A stretch of 64,000 nucleotides of DNA from an uncultured Candidatus Saccharibacteria bacterium. Lineage in GTDB: Bacteria > Patescibacteriota > Minisyncoccia > Phycocordibacterales > UBA918. The position numbers and the translations under genes were made by a program. Location of the stretch: the NCBI GenBank assembly GCA_964402035.1, contig CAYOAM010000001.1:243558-307557 (forward strand), written 5' to 3'. Under the pieces are notes generated by a model. That model was not told where the DNA came from, made no database searches, and worked only from the letters and a program-made list of their open reading frames with translations. Positions 51,548 to 58,662 of the stretch are shown here, piece after piece (position 1 is the stretch's first letter; each line of letters starts with the position of its first letter).

Positions 51548-52857
51548 CGCGAGTGCCACTATATGCGTTCTCTATAGGTCTGCTGCTGGCAGTTTTTTTG
51601 GCTGTGAGCGTAGGCCCATTTGTGCAAGCGCAATCAAGTCAAGTAACAGAACTCCAAAGCGAAATTTCAAAACGGAACGATCGACTCAAGGAAATTGAAG
51701 CCGAGATAGCGCAGTTTCAAAAAGATCTCCAAAAAGTAGGGGCAGAAAAAAGTACTTTACAGAAAGCAATTCAACAACTTGAACTTGAAAGAAAGAAAAT
51801 CAGTGCTGACATTAGCTATACGCAAAATAAAATTGGCTCGACGGACCTCGAGATCAGTAAACTTAACCTAGAAATTGGGACGATGGAGACCGACATTGGT
51901 ACCAACCGAGAGGCGATCGGGGAAATACTGCGTCGAGTCAATGAAACTGATCAGGACACGTTGCTTGTGGCACTGCTACGTAATGAAAATCTTGCTCAAT
52001 TTTGGAACACAATCGAGCAATTGGAAAATATCCGAAGCGCAATGGCAAAGCGGGTGAAAGAGTTGGCGTCAGTCAAAAATCTACTTGAAGTAAAGCGCAA
52101 TGATCACAAAGAAAAACGCGATGATTTAGTGGATCTTAAGAATCAGTACAGCGACCAACAAAAAATCCTTTCCAACAATAAAGTCGAAAAAGACCAGCTC
52201 CTTAAGCAAACAAAAAACAAAGAAGCAACATACCAAAGTCTACTCAAAGAAAAACAAGCTGCACGTGAGACGATAGTAAAGGAGCTCCGTGACTTTGAAT
52301 CAAAGCTTCAGTTTATCCTTGATCCGTCGACTATTCCGCCACCAGGTACCGTCGTTTTCAATTGGCCGGTCGCAAATGTGTATATTACACAGTACTTTGG
52401 AGGTACAGAATTTGCCAAAAGAAATGCATCGGTCTATGGTGGTCGCGCATACCATCCTGGAGTCGACTTTGGAGTCCCACGCGGCACCAAAATCCTTGCT
52501 CCACTGGCTGGCCGTGTACGTGCTACCGGTAACACTGACGCTGTACCTGGCTGCTATTCATGGGGCAAATGGACTCTTATTGACCACACCAACGGCCTCT
52601 CGACGCTCTACGCACATCAAGACCTCATAAGCGTCACTCCAGGCCAAGCTGTCGGTACAGGCGATGTGATCGGATATTCTGGCAATACGGGTTATTCGAC
52701 TGGGCCGCATTTGCATTTTACTGTATACGCACAAAAAGGAGTATCTGTGCGCCAATTCAACGAAATCAAGACTGTCACGAGCTGTGGTCCAGCCTCCACA
52801 CCTGTTGCAGCAACTGAAGCTTATATTGATCCCATGTTGTATTTACCAAAAGTATAA
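51544..52857 (+). CDS. M23 peptidase with N-terminal coiled coil (EnvC-like)
   Basis: Signal/TM, long coiled coil, C-terminal LytM domain HPGVDFGVP...HLHFTVY. Confidence 0.85.
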   Translation: MTRVPLYAFSIGLLLAVFLAVSVGPFVQAQSSQVTELQSEISKRNDRLKEIEAEIAQFQKDLQKVGAEKSTLQKAIQQLELERKKISADISYTQNKIGSTDLEISKLNLEIGTMETDIGTNREAIGEILRRVNETDQDTLLVALLRNENLAQFWNTIEQLENIRSAMAKRVKELASVKNLLEVKRNDHKEKRDDLVDLKNQYSDQQKILSNNKVEKDQLLKQTKNKEATYQSLLKEKQAARETIVKELRDFESKLQFILDPSTIPPPGTVVFNWPVANVYITQYFGGTEFAKRNASVYGGRAYHPGVDFGVPRGTKILAPLAGRVRATGNTDAVPGCYSWGKWTLIDHTNGLSTLYAHQDLISVTPGQAVGTGDVIGYSGNTGYSTGPHLHFTVYAQKGVSVRQFNEIKTVTSCGPASTPVAATEAYIDPMLYLPKV

Positions 52858-52864
52858 TCGCGTT

Positions 52865-53311
52865 ATGACTCAACGGCACCTGTCTGCAACTACCGTGCAT
52901 GTACTTTTACAAAATGATGACTCGTTGTTGCTATTGCGTCGACACAATACCGGGTGGGGAGATGGTATGTATGGTGTTCCTGCGGGCCATGTTGAAAAAG
53001 GAGAAAGCGTCCTCGAAGCGGCCGTACGAGAAGCAAAAGAAGAGTGCGGCGTAACCATTGACCCGCAGAACTTACATTTCGCTCATGTCATACACCAGCA
53101 ACAACGCGCACGAGACCTGATCGATAGAGTACATTTCTTTTTTACCTGCAAAATATTTGAGGGTATTCCAACAAATACCGAACCTGATGCATGCGATGAA
53201 GTCACGTGGCGCAAAAACGAAACGCTGCCAACAAATATGCTACCGTACATTACACGAACACTTGTACATATCAAAAACGGGATCGCGTACTCAGAATTTA
53301 TAGATTCTTAA
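52865..53311 (+). CDS. NUDIX hydrolase
   Basis: Nudix box GHVEKGESVLEAAVREAKEECGV. TATAAT 6 nt upstream of the ATG, overlapping the previous stop codon. Start at the internal Met; the track starts at 52784. Confidence 0.8.
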   Translation: MTQRHLSATTVHVLLQNDDSLLLLRRHNTGWGDGMYGVPAGHVEKGESVLEAAVREAKEECGVTIDPQNLHFAHVIHQQQRARDLIDRVHFFFTCKIFEGIPTNTEPDACDEVTWRKNETLPTNMLPYITRTLVHIKNGIAYSEFIDS

Positions 53312-53894
53312 CACTCAATATTGTGCGACCCTTATTCGTACTAAGTTTTTTATCGAAGTAACCAGCACTTATTAGCTACAACCAAACAGATACTTGTATT
53401 AGCAGCTGACCGTTATCGTAAAAATAAATATTCACGATGAATATTTGTATAAAGATAGATACTCGGTTGGACTCAAGAATGATTTCCAAAACTAGACGTT
53501 TAATAAAACACAAACAAGCACAGATACGCATATAGACGTACCTATACTAGGGCCTAAATCTGGCGCAAGCTGATTCTTTGAGCTGGCTTGAGCAAAACAG
53601 AACAATATGCACACAGAATAAAAAAGCAAATAAATAAAAAAATAATCGAAATTCAAAGGAACTTAAGATAAAAAATGTACAAACATTTATTCAAATAAAG
53701 CACAGCAAAAGTTAACAAGAGTATCAGTAGAATGTAGAAGGTCAGCGGTAGCCAATGTGGAGGCTAAAGATCTGCGGGGGGCTTACACCTATACTATGCG
53801 TCGTAAAAGATATATTGTGCGACGCTTATGCCCATAGAGGAGCAGCTCCCCATCAAGGTAACAATCAATTAAGGCCTTCTGATCTACTGGTACT
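53312..53894. other. 583-bp ORF-free, A/T-rich tract flanked by direct repeats
   Basis: No ORF of 60 aa or more on either strand. Direct repeat atattgtgcgac at 53318-53329 and 53813-53824 (17 of 18 matches over atattgtgcgacNcttat). 9-3-9 perfect palindrome aaatattca-cga-tgaatattt at 53426-53446. Long A-runs between 53600 and 53700. Confidence 0.5.
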
Positions 53895-54449
53895 TTAGAT
53901 CTTATTTTGCAAAAATTCCCGGAGTTTTTTTGCAGCGGCGCCACGCATGCTAATTTTATTCTTCTCTTCTTGAGTCATTTCAGCAAAAGTCTTCCTGTAG
54001 CCTTCTGGCACAAAAATGAGATCCCAACCAAAGCCTTCTTTGACACGTGGAGCTACTACCCTACCCACCACCTCGCCTTCAAAGAAATGTACTGCGTCTT
54101 TTGATTCAGCATATCCAATAATAGTTTTTGCTGTTGCTTTTGTATCACCAAGTTTTGCTGCAATATCTGCTAGTCCAGTATCTCCAAGTGACGAGAGAAA
54201 CCATTTTATAAGTGGTCCTGGCAATCCACCAAGTGCGTCGAGGTATAGAGACATATCTTCTACCATACAAGGACCAGTAGTATGTTTAAAAGCTTCATGG
54301 AGCTTTGCCTCAATAATCTTGCGAGCATCAAGTTCCTGAATCTCCGTCAAATCAACCGTCAGCTGAACGAGACTAACGCTACTACTCGCCACAATAGCGT
54401 CTATTTCTTGAAACTTTCTGCTACTACCGGTTATGAATGTAATGTTCAT
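53895..54449 (-). CDS. rdgB: non-canonical purine NTP pyrophosphatase (RdgB/Ham1 family)
   Basis: ITFITGSSRKFQE, FGWDLIFVPEG and SMRGAAAKKL Ham1 motifs. Confidence 0.85.
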   Translation of the reverse strand: MNITFITGSSRKFQEIDAIVASSSVSLVQLTVDLTEIQELDARKIIEAKLHEAFKHTTGPCMVEDMSLYLDALGGLPGPLIKWFLSSLGDTGLADIAAKLGDTKATAKTIIGYAESKDAVHFFEGEVVGRVVAPRVKEGFGWDLIFVPEGYRKTFAEMTQEEKNKISMRGAAAKKLREFLQNKI

Positions 54450-54485
54450 GATAGAAATTATACATCTAATGTATCTTTGCTTATT

Positions 54486-54824
54486 TCAAACCATTTTTCC
54501 ACCGTTAGGAACATTGTGAGTTGGCCGCAGCAACACTATAGCGCCAGTACTATCCGGTAGTCCTAGTATCAAAACCTCCGAGAGAAACGGCCCGACTTGT
54601 TTTGGCGCAAAATTAACGACCGCAACGACCTGCGTTCCCACCAACTCTTCTTTACTGTAATTTGCGGTGATCTGAGCTGAAGATCGCTTTACTCCTATAT
54701 CCGTACCAAAATCCATTGTAAGTTGATAGGAGGGCTTTCTTGCTTCAGGAAAATCCTCAACAGAAACAATAGTACCAACCCTCACATCAACATTCAGAAA
54801 ATCAGTATATGAAATCATACACAA
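54486..54824 (-). CDS. tRNA-binding domain protein (CsaA/EMAP-like OB fold)
   Basis: LNVDVRVGTIVSVEDFPEARKPSYQLTMDFG...QVVAVVNFAP matches the CsaA/MetRS-C-type tRNA-binding domain. Confidence 0.7.
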   Translation of the reverse strand: MCMISYTDFLNVDVRVGTIVSVEDFPEARKPSYQLTMDFGTDIGVKRSSAQITANYSKEELVGTQVVAVVNFAPKQVGPFLSEVLILGLPDSTGAIVLLRPTHNVPNGGKMV

Positions 54825-54825
54825 G

Positions 54826-55053
54826 CTACTGCATTAAAGTAAATCTAGACATGCGTTGTCCATCAACTTCGATCTCTTTTACAAATTCTGCATACGGGCG
54901 TACCCAAACCGTACCTGACTTGTAGTCACCAGAGTCTTGCTGTGATTCATAGACAACTACTGGCTCTTGCGTCTCTTCCAATAATCCCAGCGCTATAACC
55001 TTATAGAGGCCGCCCTTATAGTGCTGATACATGCCTAAACGTACATCAAACAT
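54826..55053 (-). CDS. DUF1653 domain protein
   Basis: YQHYKGGLYKV...VVVYESQQ...WVRPYAEF matches the DUF1653 consensus. Confidence 0.6.
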   Translation of the reverse strand: MFDVRLGMYQHYKGGLYKVIALGLLEETQEPVVVYESQQDSGDYKSGTVWVRPYAEFVKEIEVDGQRMSRFTLMQ

Positions 55054-55057
55054 ACTA

Positions 55058-55636
55058 TTAATATTTACGGACTACTCCACGCACAACAGCGGCAATGCGC
55101 AAGCTATGCTTGGGATAAATCGGTTTAAAATTTTTATTTGCGGGTTCAAGCCATGTACGATCTCCCAATTTTTTCAGAAACTTAAGGGTCCATTCACCAT
55201 CAACTTCAGCAACAACGATGTCTCCATCACGCGCAGTACTTGCGCGTTCGGCCACCACCAAATCACCTTCTTCAATATGCACTTCTATCATCGAATCACC
55301 TTTTACTTCAAGCAAAAAAGTGCGGCCACGATCAGCTATGAGGTAGCCATCCAAGCTCATAGTATCCAGTGCTTCTGCATCAACCATTGTCGGTGAACCA
55401 GCTTGTACCAACCCCAGCAGAGGAAGCTCAGAAAGGCGGTCGGTGGGTATAAGTCTTCCCTGCCCATCCTTGCTCACAACCCCATCATCAACCAACTTGG
55501 CGACCAACTTGTACACAGCATTTTTTGATTTAAAACCAACCAGTTTTAAAATCTCTTGATACGAGGGCATGCGTCGCTCTCGTTCGTAGAATCCAATTAT
55601 TTTTTTCTTATAGTCTTGATACATGTTTATCTCCAT
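55058..55636 (-). CDS. lexA: LexA-like transcriptional repressor (S24 peptidase), paralog 1
   Basis: N-terminal winged HTH (FKSKNAVYKLVAKLVDDGVV), Ala-Gly cleavage site (VQAGSP), Ser nucleophile GDSMIE and Lys in TLKFLKK. Confidence 0.85.
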   Translation of the reverse strand: MEINMYQDYKKKIIGFYERERRMPSYQEILKLVGFKSKNAVYKLVAKLVDDGVVSKDGQGRLIPTDRLSELPLLGLVQAGSPTMVDAEALDTMSLDGYLIADRGRTFLLEVKGDSMIEVHIEEGDLVVAERASTARDGDIVVAEVDGEWTLKFLKKLGDRTWLEPANKNFKPIYPKHSLRIAAVVRGVVRKY

Positions 55637-55827
55637 GAGGGGATGAAAACTCGGAAGAGGCGAGAAATGGAACGACGAGTGTCTTCCCTACGAAGCTGAG
55701 CAAGCAAGCTTTTGTGGCGGCGGGCTTCTCTTCGGTAATCAGCATCTTGCATGATCTTGCGATCGATGATGCCATTGAGCTTTTGTATTTCGATATTGAG
55801 AGCCTTAAGATATTCTTGCTTGTTCAT
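55627..55827 (-). CDS. small hypothetical protein co-transcribed with lexA1 downstream of a LexA box
   Basis: 66-aa ORF. Its TAA stop overlaps the lexA1 start region (TAAACATG coupling). Lies between the LexA-box promoter and lexA1. Predicted helical and basic. Confidence 0.4.
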   Translation of the reverse strand: MNKQEYLKALNIEIQKLNGIIDRKIMQDADYRREARRHKSLLAQLRREDTRRSISRLFRVFIPSWR

Positions 55828-55857
55828 GATAATTGTACCTTATACTTGTATAGATAT

Positions 55858-55886
55858 AGTATAGGTGAACGGACGTTCACCGTCAA
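55858..55886 (-). promoter_or_regulatory. SOS promoter with LexA box in the spacer: TTGACG-[GTGAACGTCCGTTCACC]-TATACT (minus-strand sense)
   Basis: Plus-strand ggtgaacggacgttcacc at 55864-55881 is a GAAC-N4-GTTC Cheo-type box. Minus-strand -35 TTGACG (55881-55886) and -10 TATACT (55858-55863) with a 17-nt spacer. Confidence 0.7.
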
Positions 55887-55915
55887 GAATTTGTACACTT
55901 TTTCTTGTGGATAAC

Positions 55916-57223
55916 CTAGTCAACTTCACCCAACATAGGGATTGCCAGGCGTTTACGAGCAGTCTCACCTTTAAAAAGAAGGGTCGCGCGACGACTGACT
56001 TCCCCACGCTCCCCTACATGCGCTCCAAGCTTCATTGCTTTAAAACTGGAACCGAGAAAAATAGCATGCTTTCCATATTTTTCTGAAAGCGCATCCACAC
56101 TTTCAAAGATACGGGTAAGTGTCTCTGAACGCTGCACGGTGCCAAAAAGATCGAGCTGTTCTGTTGATACCTCTGTAAGCCCCACAAAGGTGACTCCGGT
56201 TGCGCGATATGTTGTACCGGTCTTAAAGATGCTGCTAAATCGTTCTCCTAATGCTTGCAGAATATCGTGTGGGTTGTTGGTAGGATGCGACAACTCAATC
56301 TCTATTGAGTGAAATCTGAAATCTTGTGTTTTCAAAAATACCAATGCACGCGCAGAGACCAGATGCCATCGGCGCATTTTGATACATGCATTTTCAATAT
56401 TTTTTGATAGCTGAGAAAAGACAAATGACACATTGGGAGACGGCGGTGTAAATGTCTTTGTCTTACTAATAGACTGAAAGCTTTTTCTTCCTTCGATATC
56501 AAGTGGAAATACTTTGATACCATTGAGCTCCTGCCAAATCTCTAGATATGGCTTCGAAAGCATACTGCGCACCCACCCTTCATCACGCTCCGCAAACTGT
56601 AGCGCAGTTGTGATGCCATACTTGGTGAGCAACGCCGCTGTTTGGGGCCCTATCCCCCACACTGATCCAATCGGTAATTTTGCCAAATATACTCCTGCAT
56701 CGCGTAGTGGTATCACCGTGAGGCCGGATGGTTTTTTCCATTTTGATCCAAGTTTGGCAAGCACCTTGGTTGCAGAGAGTCCAATAGAAAATGTCATACC
56801 AAGTTCTGTATCGAGATCATGTTTAATCCGCTCTGCAATCGTCGCATAGGAACAATGATGCACTCGTCGCATGCCACCAAGATCAGCAAAACACTCATCA
56901 ATACTGTACTCTTCTACCGCAGGCGTATACCGACGAACGATATCGTACATGCGCTGAGAAAAGAGACAGTACGTCTCATAATCAGACGGAAGTACAATTG
57001 CTTTTGGACATAATTTTTTGGCTTCAGAAATACGCATACCTGTTTTGACCCCGCACGCTTTTGCTTCATAGGTGGATGCAGATACAATACCCCGCTCTTT
57101 TCCAGTAATGACTGGCTTACCACGAAGTGCTGGATTTTTGGCAACTTCACACGATGCAAAAAAAGAATCTCCGTCGATATGGAGAATGGCGTGTGGAAAT
57201 GAGCTCAATGATCCCCAACTCAT
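55916..57223 (-). CDS. dinB: Y-family DNA polymerase (DinB/Pol IV-like)
   Basis: ILHIDGDSFFASCEV catalytic motif. Palm/finger/little-finger length and SIDECFAD motif. Confidence 0.9.
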   Translation of the reverse strand: MSWGSLSSFPHAILHIDGDSFFASCEVAKNPALRGKPVITGKERGIVSASTYEAKACGVKTGMRISEAKKLCPKAIVLPSDYETYCLFSQRMYDIVRRYTPAVEEYSIDECFADLGGMRRVHHCSYATIAERIKHDLDTELGMTFSIGLSATKVLAKLGSKWKKPSGLTVIPLRDAGVYLAKLPIGSVWGIGPQTAALLTKYGITTALQFAERDEGWVRSMLSKPYLEIWQELNGIKVFPLDIEGRKSFQSISKTKTFTPPSPNVSFVFSQLSKNIENACIKMRRWHLVSARALVFLKTQDFRFHSIEIELSHPTNNPHDILQALGERFSSIFKTGTTYRATGVTFVGLTEVSTEQLDLFGTVQRSETLTRIFESVDALSEKYGKHAIFLGSSFKAMKLGAHVGERGEVSRRATLLFKGETARKRLAIPMLGEVD

Positions 57224-57225
57224 AG

Positions 57226-57801
57226 CTAATACTTGCGCACCACGGCAGTGACGACCGCTTCAATTTTCAAATCTTCTTTTGGATACATGCGTGGATATTT
57301 TTTGTTTGCCGGCTCGAGGAAATATTTTCCTGCGTCCTTTCTTAGATACTTGAGTGTGTATTGCCCATCGACTGCCGCAACCACAATCTGCCCCACTTTG
57401 TAGGTCGCTTTTCGTTCGACAATAACCATGTCTCCCGGATGAATACCCGCATCGATCATGGAATCGCCTTTTACCTTAAGTATGTAACTAGCTTCTTTAT
57501 TTGGGGTGAGATACTCATCAAAATCCATAACATCAAGCAGTTCTTCCTCTGCCGGAGACGGAAAGCCCGCCTCAACAAGACCCAAAAGCCGGGTGCCCCG
57601 CAGCGCCCTTCCAGGCGAGAGATGGCCCTTAGTATCCTTTTCCAAGACCCCGCTCTCTACAAGCCGTTCTATGAGCTTATAGACGGCGTTTTTAGACCGA
57701 AATCCCGTCATATCCATGATCTCCTGGTACCCTGGCATACGTCGAGTACGCTCATAAAAAGAGATGATTTTGTCGCGGTAGGTGTGTTGGCGTGTTTTCA
57801 T
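57226..57801 (-). CDS. lexA: LexA-like transcriptional repressor (S24 peptidase), paralog 2
   Basis: HTH (FRSKNAVYKLIERLVESGVL), Ala-Gly site (VEAGFP), GDSMID Ser and Lys in TLKYLRK. Only 2 nt upstream of dinB. Confidence 0.85.
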   Translation of the reverse strand: MKTRQHTYRDKIISFYERTRRMPGYQEIMDMTGFRSKNAVYKLIERLVESGVLEKDTKGHLSPGRALRGTRLLGLVEAGFPSPAEEELLDVMDFDEYLTPNKEASYILKVKGDSMIDAGIHPGDMVIVERKATYKVGQIVVAAVDGQYTLKYLRKDAGKYFLEPANKKYPRMYPKEDLKIEAVVTAVVRKY

Positions 57802-57809
57802 ACAGGTGA

Positions 57810-57838
57810 AGTATAGGTGAACTATAGTTCACCGTCAA
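57810..57838 (-). promoter_or_regulatory. SOS promoter with perfect palindromic LexA box in the spacer: TTGACG-[GTGAACTATAGTTCACC]-TATACT, leaderless geometry
   Basis: Plus-strand ggtgaactatagttcacc at 57816-57833 is a perfect 18-bp palindrome. Minus-strand -35 at 57833-57838 and -10 at 57810-57815. Only 8 nt lie between the -10 and the lexA2 ATG. Confidence 0.75.
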
Positions 57839-57915
57839 TAAAAACACTGGTACAACTAAAACGAGAAAATGGCGGCATCCAAAATGGATACCACCCTTTT
57901 CTAAAACTACAACTC

Positions 57916-58530
57916 CTACCCCTGCTTATTCATCCCCTTCCAAAAGAAAGCAGTTCCTGATGCAAGAAATGCGAGTCCCAAGAGCCACGTAAGTCCACCA
58001 AACACTGAACCAAATCCCCCACCCATCATACCGCTATGTCCACGTCCTCCCATCATACCCCAATTGTCGTCACTACCCTTTCGCGCGTCTCCACTAAAAC
58101 CACCTCCCATATGATCTCCCATCATTGGTGAAAAATATTCTGCACCTTTTGGAAGAGCAGCTCCCGTATCACATCCACTTAAGCGTTTCCCCATCGCAAT
58201 ATGCATCTGTTCTTCCCCTTCTTCCCCAAGCCTGTCTGCCATCATGGTATTCATTGCCTCATGATTGGCACCCATCATGTTACCCATAAAGAAATCAGCC
58301 AGTACATCAAAATCCTCATCTTTCAAATCTTTGCAGGTCACCTGTTTGCTCTGCAATTTGTCCCACACTGCCTTCCCCTCTGCTTCTTCTTCAGAAATAG
58401 TCTTTGATCCCGTGTTTGCCGTTGTCGTACCCATAACCTTGTTATTCATACCACCCATCATCTGCGCATGTGCAGGAATACCAATGGCAAATGCCATGAA
58501 TAACGGGACCACCATGAATATTTTTTTCAT
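57916..58530 (-). CDS. secreted Met/Gly/His-rich protein with C-terminal TM anchor (possible metal-binding)
   Basis: Signal peptide MKKIFMVVPLFMAFAIGIPAHA. Repeated MMGG/MxxM/HxxM motifs. C-terminal hydrophobic helix. Confidence 0.5.
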   Translation of the reverse strand: MKKIFMVVPLFMAFAIGIPAHAQMMGGMNNKVMGTTTANTGSKTISEEEAEGKAVWDKLQSKQVTCKDLKDEDFDVLADFFMGNMMGANHEAMNTMMADRLGEEGEEQMHIAMGKRLSGCDTGAALPKGAEYFSPMMGDHMGGGFSGDARKGSDDNWGMMGGRGHSGMMGGGFGSVFGGLTWLLGLAFLASGTAFFWKGMNKQG

Positions 58531-58662
58531 AAGATATTCAAATCAAATAATAAAGGACTACTTCGATGCTTCCTCTATTGTCCAGTATACGCCGATTGAC
58601 CGATTTTCATACGTACACGAAAACAACATCCTTTCGCACCAATTACTACGTATAACAGCAAG

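Noticed and set aside
53426-53446. Palindrome aaatattca-cga-tgaatattt considered as a XerCD dif site or LexA box.
   Set aside because: Its spacer is 3 bp where dif has 6 bp. The arms do not match XerC/XerD consensus. It is not GAAC-N4-GTTC. Kept only as an unexplained palindrome within the AT-rich tract.
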